From Candidatus Schekmanbacteria bacterium (GTDB lineage Bacteria > Schekmanbacteria > GWA2-38-11 > J061), in contig JACRJM010000002.1 in NCBI GenBank assembly GCA_016219965.1, positions 48,233 to 112,232 of the forward strand: 64,000 nucleotides of DNA. The letters are read 5' to 3'. Every line of letters begins with the position of its first letter. Position 1 is the first letter of the stretch. Both the position numbers and the translations under genes were made by a program. Under the pieces are notes generated by a model. It did not search any database and was not told the DNA's origin. It worked only from the letters and a program-made list of their open reading frames with translations. Below, piece after piece: positions 1 to 9,570 of this stretch.

Positions 1-561
1 TCCATTGGGATTCAATCTTGGCCCATAGCAGCTTGCGAACCTTAGTATTGTAATATCAAGCCCCCTTCCATGCAAAGCCTGACCAAGATGTTCGGCAAAG
101 TATTTTGAAGCTGCATATGACCATCTTGAAGTAGCGGAAGAACCCAAGACTACGCTGCTTTCTTCAGAAAAGGGAGTCTCATTGTTGCAACCGTAAACTT
201 CGGAGCTGGATGCAAATATCAGTTTTTTGCGATAATCCAATGCAAGCTGAAAAACTTTTTGATCCCCTGAAGTGTTGTTGAGCAAAGTCATAACCGGATT
301 TCGCAAGACGTAAGGGACTCCGACAATGGCGGCAAGATGGAAAATTATGTCAGATTCTCTTATTAATGTACTTAGAAGCTCTGTATCTAAAACACAGCCG
401 AAAACGAATCTGAATTTTTTATTGCTGAAGTTGTGTTCAATGTTTTTCAATCTTCCGGTGTAAAGGTTGTCTAAAACCGTAACTTCATGCCCTTCTCCGA
501 GAAGCCTGTCTGCCAAATTGGAACCGATATATCCTGCTCCTCCTGTAACAAGGCATTTCAT
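1..561 (-). CDS. NAD-dependent epimerase/dehydratase (extended SDR), C-terminus cut by the window edge
   Basis: My own translation of the minus strand from the ATG at 561-559 gives MKCLVTGGAGYIGSNLADRLLGEGHEVTVLDNL... It has the Rossmann motif TGGAGYIG and the catalytic YxxxK (YAASK). The frame stays open to position 1, so it is absent from the ORF track. Confidence 0.85.
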   Translation of the reverse strand, partial: MKCLVTGGAGYIGSNLADRLLGEGHEVTVLDNLYTGRLKNIEHNFSNKKFRFVFGCVLDTELLSTLIRESDIIFHLAAIVGVPYVLRNPVMTLLNNTSGDQKVFQLALDYRKKLIFASSSEVYGCNNETPFSEESSVVLGSSATSRWSYAASKYFAEHLGQALHGRGLDITILRFASCYGPRLNPNG

Positions 562-566
562 GGGGC

Positions 567-1550
567 TTATTCCTTTATTGCCGTAAGAGTCCAAAACCAG
601 CATAGGTTACTGCACAGGGGTATTTTGAGGAAAAGATTATCAGCTTTGATAATAATATTTTCCACTTTCCTGTTGATTTGCAGGTTTTCTCTGCCGGGAA
701 ATAACTTCTGTAACAGGTCAAGAATGGTTTGTGTGAATCCGCTTAAAAACCACTGCGGATTTATATCTATGGGTTTTAGGGAAGCTTTTTTAGCAAGAGC
801 TAAAATTTGTTTCTTTGAAAAACCCAATCTCTCATCAGGAGAAGCCGGAATGGAGGATGTTTTTTTGACAAATACATTTTTAATTGACCTTAGTGTTTCC
901 AGAAATCCTGTGACGAAAAAATTTGTCATCAGGTTGGGTTCCACAGCAAGAATAAAAGTTCCTTTTGGTTTAAGACAGCGCCGGATTTCGGAGAACACTT
1001 TTAAAGGGAACTTGCAGTGATGCAGGCATGACACCATGTAGATCAGCTCAAATGATTCATCTGCGAAGGGAAGGTAATGCGCATCAATAAGGCAAAAATA
1101 CGCTTCCTCAGAGATTTCTCTTTTTTCAAGAATTGCTTTAGTCCGGCTGGTTATTTCCATGCTGACATCGCTTACGACTACGCGGTATCCCTTTTTAAGC
1201 AGGTTGTATGCGTCTTCACCTCTCCCGCTTCCTATTTCAAGAAATATCGAATCCTCCGGCTGGCTGTTAACACGGCTTAGAAAGTCATTATGCATTAAAG
1301 AGTCAGCTGCTGAATTGAACACCCGCCTCTGGAAGAGAAACTCGAGTTCATTTCCTGAAAGAGTCCCGGATGCACTGCCTCTGTTATTTGAATTCACAGG
1401 AAGCAGGTTTGTTATTCCATCTCTTGCCTCATAGGAACTTGAACATGCGCTGCAAAAAAGATTTCTTCCATCGATAGATAATTTTCCCTTGCATTCCGGA
1501 CACGCCAGAATGTTGTCAATGTGGCTTTTGAAATTTTCTTTAGTTTTCAT
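567..1550 (-). CDS. Class I SAM-dependent methyltransferase with N-terminal Trm112-like zinc ribbon
   Basis: 327-aa ORF. It has a four-Cys ribbon (CPECKG...CSAC), SAM motif I (LEIGSGRGEDA) and an acidic VVVSD strand. It overlaps the upstream radical SAM gene by 4 nt. Confidence 0.8.
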   Translation of the reverse strand: MKTKENFKSHIDNILACPECKGKLSIDGRNLFCSACSSSYEARDGITNLLPVNSNNRGSASGTLSGNELEFLFQRRVFNSAADSLMHNDFLSRVNSQPEDSIFLEIGSGRGEDAYNLLKKGYRVVVSDVSMEITSRTKAILEKREISEEAYFCLIDAHYLPFADESFELIYMVSCLHHCKFPLKVFSEIRRCLKPKGTFILAVEPNLMTNFFVTGFLETLRSIKNVFVKKTSSIPASPDERLGFSKKQILALAKKASLKPIDINPQWFLSGFTQTILDLLQKLFPGRENLQINRKVENIIIKADNLFLKIPLCSNLCWFWTLTAIKE

Positions 1551-3052
1551 TTACTGAATGAAAATAACCTTATGATTTTTTTAAACCCTTTTGTTCTGTC
1601 TGAGATTAATATTGTAGAATATTTTCTAATCCATTGGAGTATTATAAATGGATTATTAAATATATATTTTAATTTATTTTTAATTCTATATCTGTGCTGA
1701 AATTTTGTAAAATCAATAATTATTTTTTCAAATTTCTTCTGCTCTAATCCCGTGAGATTTATATCCGGGTTATGCGGATAAAAGGCATACCATCTGAGTC
1801 CTTGAGGAATCATGTTTTTCATCTTCATATTATCATAAAACTCGGTTCTAGGGTAAGGGGTGGTAATGCTCATGTCGGGAGTGTAGATTCCGGTTTTTTT
1901 TACGAATTTCTTGAGCTTCTTTATGTCCTCCTGTGTTTCGCCGGGGAAGCCAAGCATTACGAAGCCATTGATTTTAATCCCATGATTGTGAACCAGTTTA
2001 ATCCGTTTTGCTATTTCTGAAGTGTCGATTCCTTTTCCGGTATTTTTGAGAGTGCTGTCATTGCAGGTTTCTATTCCAACCGATACCATCTCACATCCTG
2101 ATTGTTCCATTTTTTTAAGCAACATTTCATCAAGGGCATCGAGCCTTGTGTAGCAGCACCATGATATATTGAGCCCGTCATCTAAGATCATATCGCAGAT
2201 TTTCCCGACTCTTTTTTTATCAATTGTAAAGGTGTCATCAAAGAAACAGAAATCTCTGATATTAAATTTTCCCATCCTATCTTTTAATTCTGAGATGACA
2301 TTCTCCGGAGACCTTAATCTGACTTTCCTCGTCCATATGGTATTTGACGCACAGTAGGAGCAATTATAAGGACAGCCTCTTGACGTAAAAATATAACCTA
2401 AACCCCTCTTTGGAAAGTCTTCCAGGTTTAATAGGTTTTCAATCTGCGGGTAAGGAATGGAATCTATGTTTTCAATTAGCTCTCTTTCCGGCGTCTCAGA
2501 TATATTGTTCCCCTCCTTGTAAACCAGCCCCCTTATTTCCCTGAATACGTTTCCATGTTCCAAAGCGTCAATGAGTTCTCCAAAGGTTTTTTCTCCTTCA
2601 CCCTTTACGACAAAATCAACGTTGTCATTCTTAATGACATCAAGAGGGTATGCTGTTGGATGGATACCGCCAAATATGATTTTTGATGCAGGGTTTATTT
2701 CTCTGGTAAGCCGGGCAATATTAAGTGCGGAATCATATGTGGAGGAAACGCAGGTTAAGCCTACAATGTCAGGGTTAATTTCCGCGATGCGGGATTTTAT
2801 TTCCTGCCAGACCGGTGCCTGAATATTATTTATCGTTTCATAACATGTATGTCTGTTTTTAACATAAAGGAGATTGAAGTTTCTCAGGCCAAGGGATAAT
2901 AATTCTTTGTCTAACTCTGTGCAGAAAATGCTTATATCTCGTCCGTTTTTTTTGATTGAAGATGAAAGGTAACATAAGCCCCATGGAATGATGTTTTCCA
3001 ATGTGAAATCAAACAAACGATAATGAGGAGGGGATATTAATAATATTTTCAT
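1547..3052 (-). CDS. B12-binding-domain radical SAM protein
   Basis: 501-aa ORF. The N-terminus is a cobalamin-binding-like Rossmann segment (MKILLISPP..., DIVGLTCVSS). The radical SAM cluster motif is CPYNCSYC (CxxxCxxC). Confidence 0.85.
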   Translation of the reverse strand: MKILLISPPHYRLFDFTLENIIPWGLCYLSSSIKKNGRDISIFCTELDKELLSLGLRNFNLLYVKNRHTCYETINNIQAPVWQEIKSRIAEINPDIVGLTCVSSTYDSALNIARLTREINPASKIIFGGIHPTAYPLDVIKNDNVDFVVKGEGEKTFGELIDALEHGNVFREIRGLVYKEGNNISETPERELIENIDSIPYPQIENLLNLEDFPKRGLGYIFTSRGCPYNCSYCASNTIWTRKVRLRSPENVISELKDRMGKFNIRDFCFFDDTFTIDKKRVGKICDMILDDGLNISWCCYTRLDALDEMLLKKMEQSGCEMVSVGIETCNDSTLKNTGKGIDTSEIAKRIKLVHNHGIKINGFVMLGFPGETQEDIKKLKKFVKKTGIYTPDMSITTPYPRTEFYDNMKMKNMIPQGLRWYAFYPHNPDINLTGLEQKKFEKIIIDFTKFQHRYRIKNKLKYIFNNPFIILQWIRKYSTILISDRTKGFKKIIRLFSFSK

Positions 3053-3155
3053 AGTTTGAAACTGAAAACACTTCTCCTGTTCAATTAACTATGTTGTGTA
3101 TACTTTTTAAAATCCTTTTCTGTTTCTATGTCAATATTATTATTTATATCTAACT

Positions 3156-3180
3156 GGATTCCCTCTTGCGAGGGAATGAC
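3156..3180 (-). repeat. GTCATT-headed hairpin repeat
   Basis: The reverse complement reads gtcATTCCCTcgcaagAGGGAATcc. The architecture matches 9771-9795, 9848-9874 and 4080-4112: a GTCATT head with self-complementary arms. Confidence 0.6.
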
Positions 3181-3192
3181 AGAACTTTTTTT

Positions 3193-3315
3193 GGCAAATG
3201 CGAGATTTGAGAGTCAGGCGAGGAAGCGGAAGGTGAGCATACCGGAGCATACTTCTAGTATGTGAGGATTGCGAACCTGACGCTGACAAAGCATCACTCC
3301 AAAGCTTGCATTTGC
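3193..3315 (-). repeat. Extended-hairpin intergenic repeat of about 125 bp, copy A (inverted relative to copy B at 9571-9696)
   Basis: Terminal arms are GCAAATGCGAGATTTGAG and CTCCAAAGCTTGCATTTGC. Inner arms are GTCAGG and CCTGAC. The central hairpin is CATACT-tct-AGTATG. It aligns along its whole length with the reverse complement of 9571-9696. Confidence 0.7.
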
Positions 3316-3316
3316 T

Positions 3317-4006
3317 CTACAACAGACCTTCTTCTCGAAAACTGAAATACCCCTTCTCACTTATGATGATATGATCAAGCAGTTTTATATCCAAAGGCGA
3401 CAATGCCTCTTGCAGAAGTCGTGTGATGTTTTTATCATCCTCCGACGGGCGAAGGCTCCCGCCCGGATGGTTATGCGCTACAATGATTGCAGTGGAATGA
3501 TGCTTTAAGGCCTTTTCCACGACCTTGCGCGGATATAATGGCGCACGGTCAACTGTACCTTCCTGCACTGTCTCGGTATGGACAGGTCTATTCCCTTTGT
3601 TCAAAAATAAGACGACTATCTTTTCGTTTTTTTCCCCTTTAAGCTCTGCCATGAGATAGTCGCAGGCAGACTTTGGCGAAGTCACGAGTGCCTTATCATC
3701 AAGACGTTTCTGAAGGTAAATTTTCTGGATGTCCTTGATGATGCTTAATAGAGCTATGCAGTTTTCGCCTATGCCTTTAATGGATTTAAGCTCCGAAGCT
3801 TCTGCATCAAGCACGCCATTGAGAGAGCCGAATTTTTCAACCAGGGATTTTGCGATAGGTTTTATATCCCGCCGTGGTATGGCATAGGTAAGGAGAAGTT
3901 CGAGTAACTCGTAATCATGCCATCCTGCACAGCCACCTGAAATATATTTTTCCCTTATTCTTTTTCTATGGCCTTCAGAGGAAAAAATGTCCGCTTTATC
4001 TTTCAA
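3317..4006 (-). CDS. radC: RadC-family JAB/MPN-domain protein
   Basis: 229-aa ORF. It has an N-terminal HhH-like region (LKSIKGIGENCIALL) and the C-terminal JAMM motif HNHPGGSLRPSEDD. Confidence 0.9.
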   Translation of the reverse strand: MKDKADIFSSEGHRKRIREKYISGGCAGWHDYELLELLLTYAIPRRDIKPIAKSLVEKFGSLNGVLDAEASELKSIKGIGENCIALLSIIKDIQKIYLQKRLDDKALVTSPKSACDYLMAELKGEKNEKIVVLFLNKGNRPVHTETVQEGTVDRAPLYPRKVVEKALKHHSTAIIVAHNHPGGSLRPSEDDKNITRLLQEALSPLDIKLLDHIIISEKGYFSFREEGLL

Positions 4007-4079
4007 TCCTTCTCCATTGGTTTAATATTTTATAATTATCTAAAAAGATTTAAAATTAGCAACTTAAATTAAAAAATCA

Positions 4080-4112
4080 GATTGCTTTGTCGCTTTTGCT
4101 CCTCGCAATGAC
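4080..4112 (-). repeat. GTCATT-headed hairpin repeat
   Basis: The reverse complement reads gtcATTGCgaggagcaaaagcgacaaaGCAATc, with ATTGC/GCAAT arms. It lies between radC and the PNPOx-like gene. Confidence 0.5.
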
Positions 4113-4210
4113 GTGCTTTTGATGGGTTTTTCTGCAGCCTCAATTTGTTTGACTCTTATTTTTTTAAATATATTCTGTATGAAAAAATAAATTTAACAGG
4201 AGATTTTTTT

Positions 4211-4672
4211 ATGAGGAAAATGACTGAAAATGAAATGAGGGATTTTATCGAAGAATGGACATGGGGGACAATAATCGCAACTGATGAGAACAACAAGCCC
4301 TACGCTGTTGAAGTTTCCTATGGCTCGGACGGAAAAAATATTTACTGCGGCACAAGGCCGGGCGGCAAGATGTCAAAGTGTATAAGGAAAAACCCTGACA
4401 TTATTTTCAAGATCTGCGATGCTGACAAGCACTACATAGACTTCCGCGGAGTATCTGTCTTTGCAAAGGTAGAGATTATGAGTAAAGGGGAAGATATAAT
4501 GTACGGGATACAACAGATCGCTCACAAAGTAATAAATGTCGCACAAAGAAAGAGCATGTCAGCGGAAGATTTTGAGAAAATAGGTGAAAGAATGGCAGCT
4601 CATCCCGAAAAATCAAACGCCCTTCGCATTCCCATAGAGAATCTTACCGGAGTAATACGCGACTTAGGGTAA
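4211..4672 (+). CDS. Pyridoxamine 5'-phosphate oxidase-like (FMN-binding split barrel) family protein
   Basis: The ORF track starts this ORF at 4145. I prefer the ATG at 4211, preceded by AGGAG at 4198-4202. The N-terminus (MTENEMRDFIEEWTWGTIIATDENNKPYAVEVSY) is typical of the family. Confidence 0.65.
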   Translation: MRKMTENEMRDFIEEWTWGTIIATDENNKPYAVEVSYGSDGKNIYCGTRPGGKMSKCIRKNPDIIFKICDADKHYIDFRGVSVFAKVEIMSKGEDIMYGIQQIAHKVINVAQRKSMSAEDFEKIGERMAAHPEKSNALRIPIENLTGVIRDLG

Positions 4673-4679
4673 ATATTAT

Positions 4680-4708
4680 GCAGGGACCGTTCACTGAACG
4701 GTCCCTGC
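4680..4708. terminator. Bidirectional stem-loop between convergent genes
   Basis: A perfect 13-bp stem (GCAGGGACCGTTC and GAACGGTCCCTGC) with a 3-nt loop sits between the stops at 4672 (+) and 4716 (-). Confidence 0.7.
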
Positions 4709-4715
4709 TGCAATA

Positions 4716-5876
4716 CTAATCTTTCAGTATTTCCCTTGCTATCACTATGCGCTGGATCTGGTTGGTGCCGGCGAATATCTGGGTTATCTTGGCATCGCGC
4801 ATCATACGCTCGACCGGATATTCCCTTGTGCAGCCATAACCGCCGAGTATCTGCACCGCATCAACGGTGACCTTCATTGCAGTGTCTGATACAAAGGTCT
4901 TGCACATGGATGAGTAAAGCGTCGCATCCGGTGTGTGGTTCCATGCTTTTATGCAGGCAGTGTAGAGAAGAAGCTTTGACGCCTCTATCTGCATTTTCAT
5001 GTCTGCAAGCATGAACTGTATTGCCTGGAAATCTGCGATGGGACGACCAAACTGGACCCTCTGCTTCGCATAGTCGCGGGCATATTCATATGCACCTTCT
5101 GCCACGCCCATTGCCATTGATGCTGCAACAGGGCGTTCCATGTTAAGGCTCTTCATTGCCGTAACAAAACCTTCTCCTTCAGGTCCCATCATCATGCTCT
5201 TATGGCATCTGTATCCGTCAAGGACTATGTCTCCTGTCACCGAGCCGCGTGCTCCAAGCTTGTCCTCTTTTCTGCCAAGAGAAAAACCGGGCTGGTCTTT
5301 TTCCACTATAAAAGTACTTATCCCTTTTGCTTTCTTTGCTTCATCTGATGTGCGTGCAAAGAAGGAATAAAAATCAGCGACCCCTGCATTGGTTATCCAT
5401 CTCTTCTCACCGGTGATCACATAGTAATCGCCGTCCTTCACAGCGCGCGCCTTTAAGTTTGCAAGGTCTGAGCCTGCCTCTGGTTCGCTCATTGCAACTG
5501 CGCCCAAAATCTCACCTGCCGCTATCCGGGGGAAATATTTTTTCTTCTGCTCGTCGTTAGCCATGTGAAACATTGGGAATATGGCAAGACAGTTGGTGGC
5601 AAGTATCATGGCGCATGACATGTCAGCCTTTGCAATCTCTGTAAGGACCATGCAGACAGTGAGAAGGTCTGCCCCCAGCCCGTCATACTCAATAGGTATA
5701 GGGAGTGCCAGTAGCCCTTCACGTGCGAATACCTCTTTTACGTCCCACGGGTATTTCCCTTCCTTGTCTATCTCTTCTGCCCTCGGGATAATGATATCTT
5801 TGCAAATCTTTTTTACGGTTTGCAGAATAGATTTCTGGTCTTCTGTAAGTTCAAAATCAAGTTTCAGCTCGCTCAT
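4716..5876 (-). CDS. Acyl-CoA dehydrogenase (short/medium-chain type)
   Basis: 386-aa ORF with full-length ACAD character. Examples are AMSEPEAGSD, KRWITNAGVADFY, and the C-terminal QILGGYGCTREYPVERMMRDAKITQIFAGTNQIQR. Confidence 0.9.
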   Translation of the reverse strand: MSELKLDFELTEDQKSILQTVKKICKDIIIPRAEEIDKEGKYPWDVKEVFAREGLLALPIPIEYDGLGADLLTVCMVLTEIAKADMSCAMILATNCLAIFPMFHMANDEQKKKYFPRIAAGEILGAVAMSEPEAGSDLANLKARAVKDGDYYVITGEKRWITNAGVADFYSFFARTSDEAKKAKGISTFIVEKDQPGFSLGRKEDKLGARGSVTGDIVLDGYRCHKSMMMGPEGEGFVTAMKSLNMERPVAASMAMGVAEGAYEYARDYAKQRVQFGRPIADFQAIQFMLADMKMQIEASKLLLYTACIKAWNHTPDATLYSSMCKTFVSDTAMKVTVDAVQILGGYGCTREYPVERMMRDAKITQIFAGTNQIQRIVIAREILKD

Positions 5877-5907
5877 CTTTACTCTCCTGCGTAGAATCGT
5901 TTTATTC

Positions 5908-5973
5908 TTGACAAATCAAGGGGTTGCTTTTATACAAAGCCTTTACTTATAGATTCCTGATTTTATTTGTCAA
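5908..5973. promoter_or_regulatory. Putative divergent sigma-70 promoters sharing a 10-bp inverted repeat
   Basis: Plus strand: TTGACA at 5908-5913, 17-nt spacer, TATACA at 5931-5936. Minus strand: TTGACA at 5973-5968, 16-nt spacer, TATAAG at 5951-5946. CTTGACAAAT and ATTTGTCAAG form an inverted repeat. Confidence 0.4.
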
Positions 5974-6019
5974 GCCTAAAGTGGGCCTGCAGTGGACATG
6001 AAACAGAGAGAGGGATGAG

Positions 6020-7420
6020 ATGGAAGGACAGTTCTTAGATTATTTGTTTAATCCGCAGTCAATTGCCCTTGTTGGTGCCTCGGGCAAGGAGGGGAAGCTG
6101 GGTTATTTTTATCTTAAAAATCTTCTTGAATATAAAGGGAAGGTTTATCCGGTTAATCCCAATGAGGAAGAGGTGCTTGGTGTAAAATGTTACAAGAGTG
6201 TAAGTGCCATCGGGGCGCCAGTTGACCTTGTAGTGGTCGTTGTGGCATCGAAGTTCGTCCTAGATGTTATTAAAGAGTGCGCTGAAACAGGGGTGAAGGT
6301 CGTCCTTGTGACTACGGCAGGATTCAGTGAAGCGGGCCCTGATGGAAAAGCCCTCGAAGAAGAGATGCTAAGAATCGCGCGTAATGCAAAGATGAGGATA
6401 GTGGGGCCAAACTGCTTTGGCATAAGGAACTGCAATGCACAGCTAAATGCAACATTCTCATTTGAAGCATCAAAAGAGCCGGGAACGATCTCATTCCTTA
6501 CCCAGAGCGGCGGCGGCGGTGAGGTTATCTATATTCAGGGGAAAGACGAGGGGCTGAAATTCTCCAAATTCATGGTCTGCGGCAACAAAAGCGATTTGGA
6601 CGACTATGAGGTGATAGATTACTTTGGCGATGATCCGGAAACAAAGATAATCTGCCTTTTCCTTGAATCCATAAAGGAAGGAAGGAAGTTCTTTGAATCT
6701 ACTAAAAAAGTCACTGCCAAAAAACCTGTTGTTGTCTGCAAGGTAGGAAGGACAGAAGGCGCGGCACGTGCAGCATCATCACATACAGCCGCCATTGCAG
6801 GAAACTTCACTGCATATGAAACTGCCTTTAAGCAGGCAGGGCTTATAACAACGCGCAATGCTCAGGAAATGCTTGATGTAATAAAAGCAGTTGACTGGCA
6901 GCCTTTGCCGCAGGGTCCAAAGCTTGGAATAATAACAGCTTCAGGCGGTCTTGGCGTTGAACTCACAGATCTCTCAGAGGAAGCGGGACTAAGCGTTATC
7001 GAGCTTGAGCAGCATATTCAGGATCGCATAAAGCCGCTTATCCCTGATTTTGCATGTGCAAAGAACCCGGTGGACATGACTCCGATCTGGGGACAGTTCA
7101 GCGAGGTTATGAAAAAAACAATTGAGGCTTTCTACGATAGCGCCAATGTTGATATAATAGTTCCAATAATCGTACTTCGTGCAACGAGGATGATTGATGT
7201 TTTGGAATCAGTGCGGGATGCAATTCTTTCCTGCCAGGCAAACAGCAAAGTTAAGAAACCTACCTATATATGCTGGGTGAGCTTAAAGGATTCACTTAAG
7301 AACAAAGAGATATTTGAAAAGGCGAAGATACCATGTTTTGAATGGACCGGACGTGTTGCAAGGACTTCTTCTCTTGTTTATGGCTATGCCCAGTACTTAA
7401 AAAAATTGAGAGGTGAATAA
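6020..7420 (+). CDS. ADP-forming acyl-CoA synthetase, alpha part (CoA-binding plus succinyl-CoA-synthetase-like flavodoxin domains)
   Basis: 466-aa ORF. The N-terminus is PQSIALVGASGKEGKLGY...VYPVNP. A GPNCFG loop and the SHTAAIAG phosphohistidine-type segment are present. Confidence 0.8.
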   Translation: MEGQFLDYLFNPQSIALVGASGKEGKLGYFYLKNLLEYKGKVYPVNPNEEEVLGVKCYKSVSAIGAPVDLVVVVVASKFVLDVIKECAETGVKVVLVTTAGFSEAGPDGKALEEEMLRIARNAKMRIVGPNCFGIRNCNAQLNATFSFEASKEPGTISFLTQSGGGGEVIYIQGKDEGLKFSKFMVCGNKSDLDDYEVIDYFGDDPETKIICLFLESIKEGRKFFESTKKVTAKKPVVVCKVGRTEGAARAASSHTAAIAGNFTAYETAFKQAGLITTRNAQEMLDVIKAVDWQPLPQGPKLGIITASGGLGVELTDLSEEAGLSVIELEQHIQDRIKPLIPDFACAKNPVDMTPIWGQFSEVMKKTIEAFYDSANVDIIVPIIVLRATRMIDVLESVRDAILSCQANSKVKKPTYICWVSLKDSLKNKEIFEKAKIPCFEWTGRVARTSSLVYGYAQYLKKLRGE

Positions 7421-7424
7421 AGAA

Positions 7425-8123
7425 ATGCGTGGAGAAGAGAGAGCGAGACGGATATTTTCAACAGCGCGTGAAGAGAAACGCTCATATGTACTTGAGTATG
7501 AGGTAAAAGAGATTCTCAAGGGATATGATATAGATGTAACGAAAGAAGTTGTCTGCAAGACAGTGGACGAAGCCGTACAGGTGGCGAAGAACATAGGGTT
7601 TCCCATCGTGCTTAAAATAGTTTCCACCGAGGTTGTGCATAAGAGCGATTCCGGCGGAGTTAAACTTGGGATAAAGAGCGAAGAAGAGCTCAAAGCTGAA
7701 TTCGATAAAATGCTAGCACTTTACAGCGGAAAGTTTTCAGCCGAGGCGCTAAAGGGTATCTCAGTTCAGGAAATGGTTTCAGGAGAAGAGGTAATAATTG
7801 GAGTGCTAAAAGATTCGCAGTTCGGCCACATGATGATGGTAGGTATGGGAGGAGTTTTCGTAGAAGTGTTTAAGGATGTGGCATACAGGCTTGCCCCGAT
7901 CACCGAGGCAGAAGCAATGGAAATGTTAAAAGAGCTTAAGGGATTCAGGCTCCTTGACGGATACAGGGGGAGAAAACCTGCAAATGTTAAGAGTCTCTGC
8001 GAGACGCTCTCTCGCGTATCAACAGCGCTTGAAGAACTCCCTGAAATAAAGGAGATGGATTTAAATCCTGTTTTTGTCAATGACAAAAGGGCAGTGATAG
8101 CTGACGGCCGCATTTTTATCTGA
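7425..8123 (+). CDS. ADP-forming acyl-CoA synthetase, beta part (ATP-grasp domain)
   Basis: The ORF track starts at GTG 7413. The ATG at 7425 has GAGAGGTG upstream. ATP-grasp character is seen in LEYEVKEILKGYDIDV, GFPIVLKIVS..VHKSDSGGVKLG and DLNPV. Confidence 0.8.
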   Translation: MRGEERARRIFSTAREEKRSYVLEYEVKEILKGYDIDVTKEVVCKTVDEAVQVAKNIGFPIVLKIVSTEVVHKSDSGGVKLGIKSEEELKAEFDKMLALYSGKFSAEALKGISVQEMVSGEEVIIGVLKDSQFGHMMMVGMGGVFVEVFKDVAYRLAPITEAEAMEMLKELKGFRLLDGYRGRKPANVKSLCETLSRVSTALEELPEIKEMDLNPVFVNDKRAVIADGRIFI

Positions 8124-8165
8124 CCTTAATCATTAGGTTTTTATTTTAATCAAGTGGAGAACAGA

Positions 8166-9569
8166 ATGAGCACTTATAATGATCTCAGAGATTTTATAAA
8201 AATTCTGGAAGAGAAGGATGAGCTTAAGCACATAACAAAAGAAGTGAGCTGGGACGAAGAAGCCGCCGCGGTTTTTATAAAATCAGCAAAGAAGAATAAC
8301 AGGGCCCTCATATTTGATAAAGTAAAAGACTCAAAGTTTCCTCTCATCATAGGCACGCTTGCATCGCCTGAAAGGATAAAGCTTGCAATCGGAAAAAGCG
8401 GAGAGGGCTTTGATGATTTTGTGGATAAAGTTCTAAATACCAAGAGAGATGACTTCCCTGCAACAACTGTCGCAAGCGCGCCTTGCCAGGAGGTTGTTAT
8501 CACTGGTGATGATGTTGATCTCCTCTCGCTTCCTATTCCTAAGTTTAACGAGAAGGAAGGGGGGCGCTATATCACGGCAGGCGTTTCGATAAGCTATGAT
8601 CCTGAGACCGGCGCACGTAATGCCGGCGTTTACCGCATGATGGCAAGAGATAAGAACGAGCTCAATGTCAATTTCGGATTCCCCAACAGGCATCTTCTTA
8701 TGCATGCCAAGAAAAGCCAGAAGATGGGAAAGCCCCTTCAGGTTGCCATTGCATTAGGGTGTGATCCGGCTGTCTGGCTTTGTGCTGCAATGCCGCTTCC
8801 TGCAAGCTATGACGAGGTCAATCAGGCAGGCGCGATAAAAGGAAAAGGCATTGAGATGGTAAAGGGGAAGACTATTGATATCAATGTCCCAGCCACTGCG
8901 GAAATTATCCTTGAATGCGAGATGGACATCTCTGTCATGAAGCCTGAAGGTCCTTACAATGATTTTCAGGGCTATTACACAAGAGTAAAAGATAACTATG
9001 TCATCAAAGTTAAAGCTATTACACACCGCAAGGGCGCGATTTTTGAAACAAGCATGACAGGTGCAGTCCCTGAAGGCGAGATGGAAGTTTACCGCCATTT
9101 GCTTTTAAGCCAACAGAAAGTACAGTTGAAAAAAGTGATACCGCAGGTCGAGGCAATGACATTCGATGCGGCGAGCATGGGGCATATTTATATAGTTTCA
9201 GTGCGCAACAAAAGACCATTCATGGCTAACCAGATAGGCAGTGCCATCCTTTCGTTCCCGTGGAGCAACATGGTTAAGATGGTGATCGTTGTTGACAATG
9301 ACATAGATATCTTTGACCCTGCCCAGGTCATGTGGGCGATTGCCACAAGGGTTGATTTTGAAAAGGATGTCACACTTCTTCCCAATATGCCGGGTGCAAG
9401 CTTTGATGTCGGCACAGGCGGAAGAAAAGGCGTAAGCAAGATGATACTTGATGCCACCATGAAGCTTGAAGATGAAGGCTATCCGGGCAAATTCCCCGAG
9501 GCAGGAAGACAGTCAGCGAAGATAGTGCAATTCGTAAGAGATAACTGGAAGTCCTACGGTCTGGATTGA
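8166..9569 (+). CDS. UbiD-family (prenyl-FMN-dependent) decarboxylase
   Basis: The track ORF starts at GTG 8154. The ATG at 8166 follows GGAGA. The protein is about 467 aa and begins DLRDFIKILEEKDELKHI, which is typical UbiD. GRYITAGV and YRMM motifs are present. Confidence 0.85.
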   Translation: MSTYNDLRDFIKILEEKDELKHITKEVSWDEEAAAVFIKSAKKNNRALIFDKVKDSKFPLIIGTLASPERIKLAIGKSGEGFDDFVDKVLNTKRDDFPATTVASAPCQEVVITGDDVDLLSLPIPKFNEKEGGRYITAGVSISYDPETGARNAGVYRMMARDKNELNVNFGFPNRHLLMHAKKSQKMGKPLQVAIALGCDPAVWLCAAMPLPASYDEVNQAGAIKGKGIEMVKGKTIDINVPATAEIILECEMDISVMKPEGPYNDFQGYYTRVKDNYVIKVKAITHRKGAIFETSMTGAVPEGEMEVYRHLLLSQQKVQLKKVIPQVEAMTFDAASMGHIYIVSVRNKRPFMANQIGSAILSFPWSNMVKMVIVVDNDIDIFDPAQVMWAIATRVDFEKDVTLLPNMPGASFDVGTGGRKGVSKMILDATMKLEDEGYPGKFPEAGRQSAKIVQFVRDNWKSYGLD

Positions 9570-9570
9570 G

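Noticed and set aside
487-1434. Plus-strand ORFs 487-1020, 1077-1280 and 1159-1434.
   Set aside because: They are antisense to the methyltransferase and epimerase genes, which have clear motifs.
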